From the NCBI GenBank assembly GCA_963681965.1, contig OY820579.1:1120001-1184000 (forward strand): 64,000 nt of DNA, in the 5' to 3' direction. The notes below the pieces were generated by a model that ran no database searches, had not been told where the DNA came from, and saw only the letters and a list, made by a program, of their open reading frames with translations. Position 1 is the stretch's first letter, and every line of letters begins with the position of its first letter. This stretch comes from a bacterium (GTDB taxonomy: Bacteria; Electryoneota; JAOADG01). A program made the translations under genes and the position numbers. Shown here piece by piece: positions 50,887 through 61,636 of the stretch.

Positions 50887-51939
50887 CTAAGATTTGCGCA
50901 CGAGTTCAGTGAGTTGTTTGCGGGGATCGATATCGGATCCGAGGATTTGAATGTCCGATCGAAGAACGTAAAGCTGGTTTGATCGAAGTTCTGGGGGCAA
51001 TTTAACCAGATCTTTTTCGGTCGTCACGATTAGATCGGCATGTTCGGAATGCAGTAATCGAGTGATTCGCGCCAAGTCGTTCGGGCTATAGTCATGATGA
51101 TCGGGGAATGAAAGAAACTGAACGACTTCGATTCCAGTAGAGCGTAGCGAATCGAGAAATCGCGACGGATGGGCAATTCCCGCAAAGCCGATACAACGTT
51201 TACCCGATAATGCTTCCAACGGTAAACGATTGTCACCCGATAACCATGCGCTCGGTGAAAATGCAAATGGTACAATCGGTTTATCGAATCCGAGATTACG
51301 AATCGCTTTTTCCCATTTCGTAGCGTGCTCGGTATCGGATACTTTGAGCCATAATAGGTGAGCGCGATGGATGTTGGCGAATCCTTCGCGGAGATACCCC
51401 CACGGCAACATTCGATACGATCTGCGTGATAAACCTGTATCGAACGAAATCCAATCCAGATCGCGGACTAGTTTGCGATGCTGAAATCCGTCGTCAAGCA
51501 CAATCACGTTACACTTCGACTCTGCGATGAGGGCTTTCGCCCCGCGAACACGATTGCTGTCGCACAGCACGGGAATATTTCGAAAACGATTGGCAATCAT
51601 ACACGGTTCGTCGCCAGCGAGTTGTGATGCTGCAATTGGTGTATCATCACCCCGAGAGACCCAAAACAACTGCTTACTTTTCCGATTGTACCCACGGCTG
51701 AGCAATCCCGGTTTTGCACCGATTTCCAGTAGACGATCCAATGTCCACATTGCCAATGGTGTCTTACCCGCACCGCCTGCCGTAATCCCACCGATACTAA
51801 CTACCGGAACCGATACTCGATCAGATCGAAACAATTCGCTATCATAGGCGTGGTTGCGAAAATTGACGATACCACCATACAAAATCGCCAGCGGCATGGC
51901 GATCGGATCGAGGAAAAATGGAGAAGAAGTGCGGGACAT
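50887..51939 (-). CDS. lpxK: Tetraacyldisaccharide 4'-kinase
   Basis: GGAGKTP, LSRGY, GDEP, LDDGFQH and TTEKDLVK motifs. Confidence 0.96.
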   Translation of the reverse strand: MSRTSSPFFLDPIAMPLAILYGGIVNFRNHAYDSELFRSDRVSVPVVSIGGITAGGAGKTPLAMWTLDRLLEIGAKPGLLSRGYNRKSKQLFWVSRGDDTPIAASQLAGDEPCMIANRFRNIPVLCDSNRVRGAKALIAESKCNVIVLDDGFQHRKLVRDLDWISFDTGLSRRSYRMLPWGYLREGFANIHRAHLLWLKVSDTEHATKWEKAIRNLGFDKPIVPFAFSPSAWLSGDNRLPLEALSGKRCIGFAGIAHPSRFLDSLRSTGIEVVQFLSFPDHHDYSPNDLARITRLLHSEHADLIVTTEKDLVKLPPELRSNQLYVLRSDIQILGSDIDPRKQLTELVRKS

Positions 51940-52623
51940 TTATTGATCCTTAAAATTGGGATCAAGTTCGCGCTGACACTGTTCGTCGCAAGTGCGTTCC
52001 AGCTCATTTAATGACTGTTCGAGTTGTCGATTCGCGTGCTTTACTTCGTCGTTTCCGTTTGCACCAACCGAAATTGGCTCGCCGATTGCGAACGTGACTT
52101 TGGCAAATGGTTTCGGTACGAGGAAGCGATCCCATGATTTAATAAATTGCCAACCGCGATCGCACGAACCGCTTACCGGTATTATCGCGGCATTGGCTTC
52201 TCGGGCAAGCCATACCGTTCCAAGCTTTGCTTTGTGACGTGGTCCAGTCGGACCGTCAGGAAGCATTCCACCGATCTTTCCGCGTCGAATGGCATCGACT
52301 GCACTCATCGCAGCTTTTACACCACCTCGAGTAGAACTACCTCGTACCGATCGAAATCCCATCCGTTCGACGATCCGGGTGATGAGTTCACCGTCCTCGT
52401 GATCGGAAACCATCACATGTATGTCGTAGTTGCGTAAAATGCATGCGGTAATTAATAATCGACCGTGCCAGACAGCGATTATTCTACGGTCTAGCTCGAA
52501 TTCGTCGATCGAATTGTGATTCAGGAATTGAACCCGCCAGGACATCGTCAGCAATTTCAAAATTGGCGCAGCTACGCGTGGTGCCAGTTCCAATTTTAGC
52601 CAGCGTTGTAGTCGAGGATTCAT
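51940..52623 (-). CDS. DUF374 / lysophospholipid acyltransferase family protein
   Basis: WHGR, DGE, RGSSTRGG, PDGPTGP and SWDRFLVPKPF motifs. Confidence 0.9.
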   Translation of the reverse strand: MNPRLQRWLKLELAPRVAAPILKLLTMSWRVQFLNHNSIDEFELDRRIIAVWHGRLLITACILRNYDIHVMVSDHEDGELITRIVERMGFRSVRGSSTRGGVKAAMSAVDAIRRGKIGGMLPDGPTGPRHKAKLGTVWLAREANAAIIPVSGSCDRGWQFIKSWDRFLVPKPFAKVTFAIGEPISVGANGNDEVKHANRQLEQSLNELERTCDEQCQRELDPNFKDQ

Positions 52624-53753
52624 TTTCGGGATAGTTCCACAATCCACTCCGCTACTCGTCGAGAGGCACCTGGACCACCCAATCGATCGCGAAGCGTGGA
52701 AAATTTCGCAACCTGTTTTTTACCGCTTTCACCAAGTAGATCGATGATGTCTTGCGTGAGACGAGCAGGTGTCGCATCGTGTTGAATCCGTTCGGGAGCG
52801 ACCAGTTCGTTCATAACCAAGTTTGCTAGTGCAATATAGGGAACATGAACAACTCGTTTCCCAATCGCATAAGTGATTGGCGACGTTTTGTACAGAACAA
52901 CCATCGGAGTGCCGAGTAGTGCCGTTTGTAAAGTTGCCGTTCCACTGGTCACTGCGGCACAATCGGCAGCCATAACCGCGATAGTCGCATCATCGAAGAT
53001 TAATCTGGCACCGACTGCTTCAAGCGGTGCATAAAGCGATCGCGGTTGCTGAGATAATGCCGGAACTAAAGCAATAATCCCAGGATATCGTTGTTTCAGG
53101 AGCTTCAACGTGGTTGACAATAGTTGTGTGTGACGCTCAATCTCTTGTTTCCGACTACCGGGAAGCATCGCAACAACAATATCGTTTGGCAATAATCCTA
53201 GAGTCTTCCGAGCTTCAACGAAGGTTCGCTGCGATGGTAATTCTTCCAATAGTGGGTGACCGACGAAGCGGACATCGAATTTGACATCGCGATAACTATC
53301 CAACTCGAATGGAAATACGACTGCCAATCCATCGTACCGTTGAGCTATCGTAGGAATTCGACCGGCTTTCCATGCCCAGACTTGGGGACTGATGTACCCT
53401 AGGAGTTTCGGACGGCGGGGATTTCCAGTGAAAGCTTTATGTACCCAATGTGCAAATCGAAGATTAAAACCGGGATAATCGATTGCGAGTATTACATCGG
53501 GTTGCCGTTCGAGCACAGCTCTTCGGAGCCGTTCCTCGTTGCGGTAGATCGTTGGGAGGTGTGATAGTACCTCGTAAAATCCCATGACCGACATTTCGCG
53601 AGTGTCGACCACTGGCTCGCAACCAACGGCTTGCATTGCTGACCCACACATTCCCCAGCAGCGAACCTCAGGAGCGATTTCGCGAAGTGCCGCAACAACT
53701 CCAGCGCCATGTAGATCGCCCGATGTCTCGCCGGCTAGGAAGCAGATATTCAT
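52620..53753 (-). CDS. lpxB: Lipid-A-disaccharide synthase
   Basis: AGETSGDLHG, IDYPGFN, SPQVWAW, FVGHPL, LPGSR and SGTATL motifs. Confidence 0.97.
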   Translation of the reverse strand: MNICFLAGETSGDLHGAGVVAALREIAPEVRCWGMCGSAMQAVGCEPVVDTREMSVMGFYEVLSHLPTIYRNEERLRRAVLERQPDVILAIDYPGFNLRFAHWVHKAFTGNPRRPKLLGYISPQVWAWKAGRIPTIAQRYDGLAVVFPFELDSYRDVKFDVRFVGHPLLEELPSQRTFVEARKTLGLLPNDIVVAMLPGSRKQEIERHTQLLSTTLKLLKQRYPGIIALVPALSQQPRSLYAPLEAVGARLIFDDATIAVMAADCAAVTSGTATLQTALLGTPMVVLYKTSPITYAIGKRVVHVPYIALANLVMNELVAPERIQHDATPARLTQDIIDLLGESGKKQVAKFSTLRDRLGGPGASRRVAEWIVELSRK

Positions 53754-53765
53754 GGCGGTGGGGTA

Positions 53766-54350
53766 TTACCAGCATTTACCACGCCAGATGGCGTAGCAGA
53801 TCATGAGCACGAGCATCGAACCAGCGCTAAAAAACGTCGAACGTTCACTCCGAAACGACTCGCTCCAATCCGATTCACGTTCCGACTGCGGTCGAGTACG
53901 ACCTCGGAGGGGAAACAGTGAGGGTACCGATTGGCGATAGGTGATGTATTGTTCGCCGAATAACTCCACGAGGGTATCCTCTTCGAGGGAGATAATCAAT
54001 TTATATTGAATGGTAAAATATATTAGAGTCAAGGGTAACAACCAATACAACTGTTCTCCACCTATGGTTGCGACTCCCAGATATATCACCACGTTTCCAA
54101 AGTAAAGCGGGTTGCGAACATAGGCATAGGGTCCACTTGTAACCAAGTAAGGGGCACCCACTGATCTTGTCCGGGTGGCACCACCAGCGTGTGCTACCGC
54201 CCACAACCGGATCGATTCCCCAATAATCATCAGGATAACGCCGATTCCCATCGAGATTGGAGATGGGTGGGCAATGAACAGTAAAATGATGACAATTGGA
54301 ATTGGGGTAAACGATCGCGTTCGGAAGACAAGATCGCGAATATCGGGCAT
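53766..54350 (-). CDS. Isoprenylcysteine carboxylmethyltransferase (ICMT/PEMT) family protein
   Basis: LVTSGPYAYVRNPLYFG and EE..L...FGEQY..Y...VP motifs. Confidence 0.9.
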   Translation of the reverse strand: MPDIRDLVFRTRSFTPIPIVIILLFIAHPSPISMGIGVILMIIGESIRLWAVAHAGGATRTRSVGAPYLVTSGPYAYVRNPLYFGNVVIYLGVATIGGEQLYWLLPLTLIYFTIQYKLIISLEEDTLVELFGEQYITYRQSVPSLFPLRGRTRPQSERESDWSESFRSERSTFFSAGSMLVLMICYAIWRGKCW

Positions 54351-54503
54351 TCTATTCTCCTGTACGGTTTTCACCGAAATCGACTAGATACAATTGGAAG
54401 ATAATATAAGCCGGAAAAATGACTACAGGTATCTTTCGAATTGTGATTTGCATTTCTCTAATGTAATATTGGAAGACATAGTAAAGAATATCATCAATTT
54501 TCT

Positions 54504-54980
54504 GTGGATATTATGACTCCTTTACCCATCGGGACAATCGAGCGCCGCTTTCGGTTGTTTTTACAAGGACGGGGTCTCAGGGTAACGCCTGAGCGCATTC
54601 AGATCCTATATGCAGTTTTAGAAACAGAAGAGCATCTTCAAGCCGATGAGCTGGCTTTTCGCTTAAAGCGAGCCGGCTCGCGCGTGTCGAGAGCTACTGT
54701 TTACCGTACGTTGGTGCATTTAGTCGAAGCTGGACTCGTCCGAAAGGTCGATTTCGGCGAGGGTCATGCCCATTATGAAAATGCCGTCAAAGGAGATGGA
54801 CATCACGATCACTTAATTTGTGAAACGTGCGGTAAGGTGATTGAATTTCTGGATCCTCAAGTGGAAAAAATCCAAGAGGAAATTGCTGCTAGGTATCAAT
54901 TCCTGTTAACCGGGCATCAATTCCAATTATCCGGGACCTGTGAGGACTGCCGAAAACAGTTGGTAAATAATACAGATTAA
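54504..54980 (+). CDS. fur: Fur family transcriptional regulator
   Basis: SRATVYRTL, HHDHLICETCGKVIEF and C-terminal CEDC; subfamily (Fur/Zur/PerR) not resolved. Confidence 0.88.
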   Translation: MDIMTPLPIGTIERRFRLFLQGRGLRVTPERIQILYAVLETEEHLQADELAFRLKRAGSRVSRATVYRTLVHLVEAGLVRKVDFGEGHAHYENAVKGDGHHDHLICETCGKVIEFLDPQVEKIQEEIAARYQFLLTGHQFQLSGTCEDCRKQLVNNTD

Positions 54981-55107
54981 GTAGTTAGCGACTATCTTTT
55001 TCGAAAGATATGGTGTATATTTCCAAGTTATTCAATTGTTCTCTTGCGATCGAATTTTATTAGCAGTTATGAAATTAGCGAATTGATTTAATAGAAAGGA
55101 AAAGAGA

Positions 55108-58100
55108 ATGGCACCCATGCTTCGCAAGGCGTTGTTCTTTTTGGGGATGTTGATCGGAGCGATCGCATATGCCCAACCGGTCGATTTCGATATTACCAAC
55201 TTAAATGCCGAAACTGGTGACCCGGAGCACTTGATTTTCGATCAACTTGGTACTGCCCTTCCCGAAGGCTGTATCGTTTTCGCAATCATGGACTCCCTGA
55301 ACGATGGTATTTCAACACCACTCGCCAACGGTTTTCCCAGTGCCGACGATGATGTTGTAGCAATGTTCCGCGTGTGCGATGGTACTGATCCAGCTTATCC
55401 CGGTACATACTGGAAGACGCTAGCATCATTCCGATCGACGGAATGGACTCCAGGTACTTTCCTTTGGGGTCGTAACATTTATCTTCGAGCTTTCAATACG
55501 ACAGATTCTCTTATTCCTGCAGGTACTTGGTATAGCGACGCTACTCTTCACAATGGCGTTTTCGCGACCGCACCATCCGCAGCAGCCATTATTGACGGAT
55601 GGGAGTGGCCGGCTACGATGACCCATCGTACTGCAGGTGTTGCGCCACGTCGAATCGATGCTAGCGGATCTGCATCCTGGACGATTGGAGCGGTGGTAGA
55701 TATCCCGTTCCTCGCCGTGGGCTTAACCGGAAGTATTGCAATCGATATCCAGCGCAATAATCCTAGTACTACGTGGTCGGAAATTGGAACGGCATTGGTT
55801 ACCGATACCGTGTTCCATTGGACAGTTTCCGGTCCTGCGACATCGAATGCTAGATTGCGTATTCGATCAGTCGAACAACCGACATTGGTCTCTCAGTACA
55901 CCGAACAAATTTCCATTTCTGCTGCCTCAGGTATCACAATATCGCATCCGCAAAATGGCGATACGACAATTGTTGGTCGCACATTTAACATCCGGTGGCG
56001 TGCGAGCGGTCTAACTGGTAACGTAACCGGTCAATTGGATCGCAACTATCCATCAGGAACGTGGGAAACCCTCTTTACTTCTCCAATCACCGACACGTTA
56101 TATACTTGGACGGTAACTGGACCAACGACCAATATGGCTCGCGTCCGATTGATTTCCGTTACCGAGCCGACGATGGGTGACACTAGTTTCAGCGAATTTT
56201 TGATTACCGCACCAGCGATTACCGTTACATATCCCGCGGCATCGTATGACACAATCGGTGTACCGATTGCATTGCATTGGACGAGTCAATACATCACTGG
56301 AAACGTTCGCATTTCGGTGAATCGTCGTTATCCCAACGGCGTGTGGTCGACGATTATGGCATCCACTCCGAACGATGGTATCGAAGCGTGGATTCCTGTA
56401 GGTCCTGCCACCGATAGTTTGAAAGTTCGAATCGAATCGATCGACAATCCAGCAATTTATACCATTTCCGATGTATATAGTCATTTGGTCAACCCGACGA
56501 TGATGTTTACATCTACAACGTTGGGTGAATCGCCGTCTCCGACAATTGATTCGGTGATTATTGGTCGTACCGTTAACATCGGTTTCAATCTGCAACAAAG
56601 TCTTGTAGGAACCGTCTCGCTGAAACTGAATCGGACGTATCCGACCGGAACTTGGGAAACGATTGCTTCGAATATCCCGGTGACCGATACGTTGCGAACT
56701 TGGGTATCGAATCGTCCGATTTCCAATCAAGCTCGCTTCCGTTTAGTATCTTCCTACGATACTTCGGCACATACCTCTAGCACACACAACTTCGTCGTTT
56801 ATGCACCAACCATTAATGTTACATACCCCAATGGTGGTGAAACCTTTATCGTTGGCACGAACGACACGATTCGCTGGAATAGTTTCCAAGTCACCGGCAA
56901 CGTTCGGATTTACTTGAGCCGAACTGTTGGTAACTGGACATTATTGGCTGACAACGTACCGAATACCGGTGTGCTTGGTGGAACTGTTACCGAACCGGCA
57001 TCGACCACCGCGAAAGTCAAGATTGTTTCGATTACCGATACCCTCGTTTCTTCAACCAGCGCAAACTACTTTACGATTGCACTTCCGACGATTGCACTTA
57101 ACCGTCCGGCAGGCAACGAAAACTTTGTGATTGGTCGCCCTGAGAATGTTATTTGGCATAGTTCGCATCTTTCCGGTACGGTTCGGATATTGGTGAATCG
57201 TAACTATCCCTCGGGAACTTGGGACACCGTGGCAATCCGTCCTGCCGCCGATACGGTATATTCATGGTTGGTCTCCGGTACTACAGGTACATTCTTTGCC
57301 AGAATGAAGATCGAGTCGGTTGAAATGCCCAGCGTCTTTGTGGTTGGAGCGAATAACTTCCGAATCTCGATTCCAACTTTGACCTTACTCCGACCGATTG
57401 GTGCCGAAAATTATGTTATCGGTAGTACTGAAACAATCCGTTGGTCTAGTCTGAACATTACCGATAGTATTCGTGTTGATATAAATCGATCATATCCGGA
57501 TACCGTCTGGACGACATTGGGTACTTACCCTGTCACTACCACTACTGTGAATTGGGTAGTCACCGGTCCGGCTACGTCGACGGCACGTATCCGCTTGACG
57601 TCGCGCGAAATTCCCAGTCTTACGAATATGTCCCCCGCCAATTTCGCGATTGTTGCACCGACGATCAGTGTAACTCGACCCAATACCGCTTTGACTTTTG
57701 TCGTAGGTCATACCGAAACAATCAATTTTAACGCGTCGTTTGTTTCCGGTAGTATACGAGTTCTGCTCGATCGGAGTTATCCGTCAGGAACTTACGACAC
57801 GTTGGCAACAGTTGCGAACACTGCGACTTCGCTTCAATGGTTGGTTACCGAACCTGTGACTACTACTGCGAGAATCCGAGTTGAGTCAGTCGACAATACC
57901 TCGGTATTCGCTGTCAGCAGTTCGAATTTCTCGATCGTTCTGCCGATGTTGACGTTATCAGGTCCGAATGGCGGCGAAGTATTAATCGTCGGTAAGAACG
58001 ATACGTTGCGTTGGGAGCAAACCGATTTAGTAGGTCGGGTATTGATTGAATTAAATCGCTCGTACCCAACGGGAACTTGGGATTATATCGATTCAGTGTT

Positions 58101-59397
58101 AGCGACTCAAGGAAATTACATTTGGAGTGTTACGGCACCGGTGACAACGACTGCACGATTCCGTATTTCGTCGCTGGCAGTACCGTCCATTGGCGATACT
58201 TCGAACAACAATTTCCAGATTCGATACCCGAGTATTACGGTAACTCGCCCGAATGGTGCCGAACAGTTTGTACTGTTTACAACGCAACCCATCACTTGGA
58301 CGACTCAGTATATCGACACCGGTTATGTGAATATTCAAATTAATCGCAATTATCCTACCGGTGCTTGGGATTTACTGGCATTGGTGCCGGCTACTAGCGA
58401 TACCTTCAATTGGCTTGCAACTGGTGTTACATCGATTCGTTCCCGAATTCGAGTGATTTATCGTGGTATGCCTACGATCGTAGGCGATACTTCCAACGCC
58501 AACTTCAGCATCGTTTATCCGACGATCACCGGCATTCAACCGGGCGCTGTCGCAAACGACGTATTAATGATTGGAAAACCATTCCCGATTAGGTGGTTTG
58601 CGCCGAATCTTGACACAACGGTCAATATTCAAATTAATCGCAACTATCCATCAACGACATGGGAACAAATTGCCCGAGTGCCTGGTCGCGATACGCTGTA
58701 CAATTGGACAGTAACTGGACCCATCGCAGCAAGTGCAAGAATTCGTGTTCAATCGGTAAGAAATCCATCGATCGTTGCCGATACGAGCGACTTCAACTTT
58801 GCGGTCGTTAAGGGTCTAACAATCACTTATCCGAATGGTGGTGAACAGGTCAGTAACAACATCACTGTGCGTTGGACACATGCGGCTCAAATCGCAGATA
58901 CATCGCACGTCGTACTTGAAGTGAACGAAGCGTATCCGGGAACGAATTGGCGCTCGATCGGTCGCCCGCTTGCCGTTACCGATACTTTTGCATGGACAAT
59001 TCGCGACTCCGCTTGGACTGAAACCGCACGATTCCGAATCTCATTAGTCGGATTCCCGTTGGTAGCAGATTCCAGCGATGCGAACTGCTTCATTCGTGGC
59101 GTTTCGGCACCGGAACAATTGGTTGTGTTGCCGAAGGAATTTGCATTACAAAATGCATATCCGAACCCGTTCAATAATTCGATCTCGTTTGCAGTTGCCG
59201 TTCCGCGCGAAGCCGAAGTGAAGATTCGCATCTTCAATATGCTCGGTCAGCAGGTGGCAATGGTACATACCGGTCGAATCAACGCCGGTTACCACCGCTT
59301 CATTTGGAATGCCACCGGTAATGCTACTGGTACTTACATCGTCAGGATGGAAGCGCCGAACTTTACCAAGGTTCGTATGATTCAATACATTCGGTAA
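55108..59397 (+). CDS. Large secreted protein with about 12 tandem ~95-aa Ig-like repeats (PNGGE...W...ARIRI) and T9SS-type C-terminal domain
   Basis: Signal peptide; recurring NRNYPSGTW and WTVTGP.T..ARIR motifs; AYPNPFN...TGTYIVRM. Confidence 0.85.
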   Translation: MAPMLRKALFFLGMLIGAIAYAQPVDFDITNLNAETGDPEHLIFDQLGTALPEGCIVFAIMDSLNDGISTPLANGFPSADDDVVAMFRVCDGTDPAYPGTYWKTLASFRSTEWTPGTFLWGRNIYLRAFNTTDSLIPAGTWYSDATLHNGVFATAPSAAAIIDGWEWPATMTHRTAGVAPRRIDASGSASWTIGAVVDIPFLAVGLTGSIAIDIQRNNPSTTWSEIGTALVTDTVFHWTVSGPATSNARLRIRSVEQPTLVSQYTEQISISAASGITISHPQNGDTTIVGRTFNIRWRASGLTGNVTGQLDRNYPSGTWETLFTSPITDTLYTWTVTGPTTNMARVRLISVTEPTMGDTSFSEFLITAPAITVTYPAASYDTIGVPIALHWTSQYITGNVRISVNRRYPNGVWSTIMASTPNDGIEAWIPVGPATDSLKVRIESIDNPAIYTISDVYSHLVNPTMMFTSTTLGESPSPTIDSVIIGRTVNIGFNLQQSLVGTVSLKLNRTYPTGTWETIASNIPVTDTLRTWVSNRPISNQARFRLVSSYDTSAHTSSTHNFVVYAPTINVTYPNGGETFIVGTNDTIRWNSFQVTGNVRIYLSRTVGNWTLLADNVPNTGVLGGTVTEPASTTAKVKIVSITDTLVSSTSANYFTIALPTIALNRPAGNENFVIGRPENVIWHSSHLSGTVRILVNRNYPSGTWDTVAIRPAADTVYSWLVSGTTGTFFARMKIESVEMPSVFVVGANNFRISIPTLTLLRPIGAENYVIGSTETIRWSSLNITDSIRVDINRSYPDTVWTTLGTYPVTTTTVNWVVTGPATSTARIRLTSREIPSLTNMSPANFAIVAPTISVTRPNTALTFVVGHTETINFNASFVSGSIRVLLDRSYPSGTYDTLATVANTATSLQWLVTEPVTTTARIRVESVDNTSVFAVSSSNFSIVLPMLTLSGPNGGEVLIVGKNDTLRWEQTDLVGRVLIELNRSYPTGTWDYIDSVLATQGNYIWSVTAPVTTTARFRISSLAVPSIGDTSNNNFQIRYPSITVTRPNGAEQFVLFTTQPITWTTQYIDTGYVNIQINRNYPTGAWDLLALVPATSDTFNWLATGVTSIRSRIRVIYRGMPTIVGDTSNANFSIVYPTITGIQPGAVANDVLMIGKPFPIRWFAPNLDTTVNIQINRNYPSTTWEQIARVPGRDTLYNWTVTGPIAASARIRVQSVRNPSIVADTSDFNFAVVKGLTITYPNGGEQVSNNITVRWTHAAQIADTSHVVLEVNEAYPGTNWRSIGRPLAVTDTFAWTIRDSAWTETARFRISLVGFPLVADSSDANCFIRGVSAPEQLVVLPKEFALQNAYPNPFNNSISFAVAVPREAEVKIRIFNMLGQQVAMVHTGRINAGYHRFIWNATGNATGTYIVRMEAPNFTKVRMIQYIR

Positions 59398-59414
59398 TAA
59401 AATTCAGTACAATG

Positions 59415-59447
59415 AAAAAGGCGGACAGCAGTGTCCGCCTTTTTTTA
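59415..59447. terminator. Bidirectional intrinsic terminator
   Basis: AAAAAGGCGGACA-GCAG-TGTCCGCCTTTTT between convergent genes. Confidence 0.9.
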
Positions 59448-59470
59448 TTATCAAGAACCACTAAAGAAAC

Positions 59471-59965
59471 CTAGACTAATGGAACATTGTGCTCGTAATC
59501 GTATGCAAACGGCAATTCTTTTCCCATCAACCGCAAGTACACGGAAAGCTGTCCTCGATGATGAAGATGCTCGTCGTAGGTGAATCCGAGCATTGTTGCC
59601 CACGGGAATTCGCCGTAGAAAACATGGATGATTTTCTGTAAATCGGCATCGGAAGCATTCTTGACAGTATCGACGTGCAATTTGCGCATCTTTTTGGAAT
59701 ACGCGACAAGTTGAGCGACGGTGTAACCCTGCAACTCCTTCGTAATAGCTTCCTGATCTTCATTCTTGATCTCACCCTTCTTGACGCAAGTGCAAGTGAG
59801 TTGAATCCCTTCCAGTAAATGCACGACAAGGTCGCGTACCGTTCGCATATCGTCGCGCGGTTTCCAATTCAAGTCTTCATCGCTAAGCAATTCGAAGTAC
59901 CGTTCGGTGATACCGCTGAACATAACAAAATTGTCGGCTAATTGATGTAACAGAGGGTCAGGCAT
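59471..59965 (-). CDS. DinB family protein
   Basis: WKP....TVRDLVVH and HLHHRGQLSVYLRLMG motifs. Confidence 0.9.
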   Translation of the reverse strand: MPDPLLHQLADNFVMFSGITERYFELLSDEDLNWKPRDDMRTVRDLVVHLLEGIQLTCTCVKKGEIKNEDQEAITKELQGYTVAQLVAYSKKMRKLHVDTVKNASDADLQKIIHVFYGEFPWATMLGFTYDEHLHHRGQLSVYLRLMGKELPFAYDYEHNVPLV

Positions 59966-60018
59966 AATATATCCTTTCAGATTAATTATGATAAAAAATG
60001 ATTTGTTCCGATCGACGA

Positions 60019-61542
60019 TTAAGGTGTTGGGTACTTGATTTGATAAATCACCGCATCGAAGCTCGGATTATACTTCGGATTCATTTTATGCAAAATCTCG
60101 TCGACAAACGATGGTGGAATCCGTTTCATTTCCTGCAGCGATTGGCAATACTGCAGCCATTGCTGTTTACGTTGTTCACGATTTTTATCGAGGTAAATAA
60201 TCAAATAATTGGGTCGTGCCGCATTTAATTTCAGATCATTGCAGACACTCTGGAAATTTTCATCGTTTTTTACTTCGACGAAATACTTACTTTTTCCCCA
60301 AGCATCACCCAAGTAAAACCATGGTGCGAGAAACCCTTTTTCACGTTGGTCGAGAATCGCGCCGGTAACGCCAGGTTCATGCTGTAATGCTGCCAGCGAT
60401 ACGATTTGAGCATGTTTATTGTAGGTAAACAATACAATTGTCATGACCGGGAGGTTGAGGATCCAGAAGGCAATTAAACTACCCCGTAAAAAACGTGGCG
60501 AGAGTTTCCAGCGCTCGGATCGAAGCCAGTAGTAGATTCCGACTACCCCCAAAATGATTAGTTCCGGGAGAATGGTCGCGATAAAGCGTTCCTGCTTGTT
60601 CGGGATCGCTGAATGAATTGCTAAAAAGACAATCGTTGCGCCAAACATGAGCGGTACTTTTCGCCACGATTTAAAAAATCCGATGAGCAGCAGAAAGCTG
60701 AATGGCGGAAGAAACACTCCGAGAATTAATAACAAATAGTTGTACCATGGGCGAGTGATGTAATCGCCAACCGCGCCAGCGTTGTAAAGAAAGTATCGAA
60801 CGGGATTGGCATAGGGTGTACCGAATGCGAACCAGTCGGCAAGTCCTAACGGAATAGTACCGATTAATGAACCGACAGTGAACCATAATGCTGCCGTATA
60901 CCGTCTGGTGAGGAGTAGTGCGGCAAATGCACCGACACCGCAAAATCCTGCCTGATAACGTAACGTGAAACTGATTCCGAGAAAGATACCTGCGGCAATC
61001 CAGCGTTTTGGATTCCGATCTTGTCCAATTCGTTCCGCCATTGCTAGCGATAGCAACAGCGGTACCGAAGAGACCACTTCCGGAAGCTGTCGGACGCTAA
61101 AATTCGGAGCGATCCAAAGCAGTGCTAGCAGCCAACCGGCTAAATTGGCAAATTTTCGGTCGGTCAGTGTTTCGACCAGTCGATATCCAACCCAAATGAC
61201 CGGTAACGACCAAAAGACATGCAGGATACGAACCAATGTCATCATCACCAGCGTATCGGTGAGACCGATTGCATGGCAGAGCTTGAAGAACAGGAAGTGA
61301 GCGCCCGGGTAGAGAATTGAATGACCGGAATAATTAGGATCGGTTAACCATGCAGGATCGCCATTCAACCACTTCCAGGCGATGTGTACGACCAGAAAAT
61401 GATCGTCGGAGGCGATATAACCACCACTGAAAAGCGCAGCGAGTAAGCGGGCAATAAAGGCGACACCGAGAATTACATATAGTGGGTTTCGGCGATACCA
61501 TTCGGAAATCTGATCGGTCATTGAATGTAGTGGTTTACTCAT
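60019..61542 (-). CDS. GT-C membrane glycosyltransferase (Alg9/PIG-B-like mannosyltransferase)
   Basis: Multi-TM; DD motif in the first loop; PWYNY; HSAIPNKQERFI. Confidence 0.75.
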   Translation of the reverse strand: MSKPLHSMTDQISEWYRRNPLYVILGVAFIARLLAALFSGGYIASDDHFLVVHIAWKWLNGDPAWLTDPNYSGHSILYPGAHFLFFKLCHAIGLTDTLVMMTLVRILHVFWSLPVIWVGYRLVETLTDRKFANLAGWLLALLWIAPNFSVRQLPEVVSSVPLLLSLAMAERIGQDRNPKRWIAAGIFLGISFTLRYQAGFCGVGAFAALLLTRRYTAALWFTVGSLIGTIPLGLADWFAFGTPYANPVRYFLYNAGAVGDYITRPWYNYLLLILGVFLPPFSFLLLIGFFKSWRKVPLMFGATIVFLAIHSAIPNKQERFIATILPELIILGVVGIYYWLRSERWKLSPRFLRGSLIAFWILNLPVMTIVLFTYNKHAQIVSLAALQHEPGVTGAILDQREKGFLAPWFYLGDAWGKSKYFVEVKNDENFQSVCNDLKLNAARPNYLIIYLDKNREQRKQQWLQYCQSLQEMKRIPPSFVDEILHKMNPKYNPSFDAVIYQIKYPTP

Positions 61543-61636
61543 ATTCGGTTCGTTATCTTTCTTCCATTGGAAAACAGTCGATCGATTCACATCGAATTAA
61601 AGTAATTGTCAAAAGTATTCGTTCAAAGGGGAAGTT

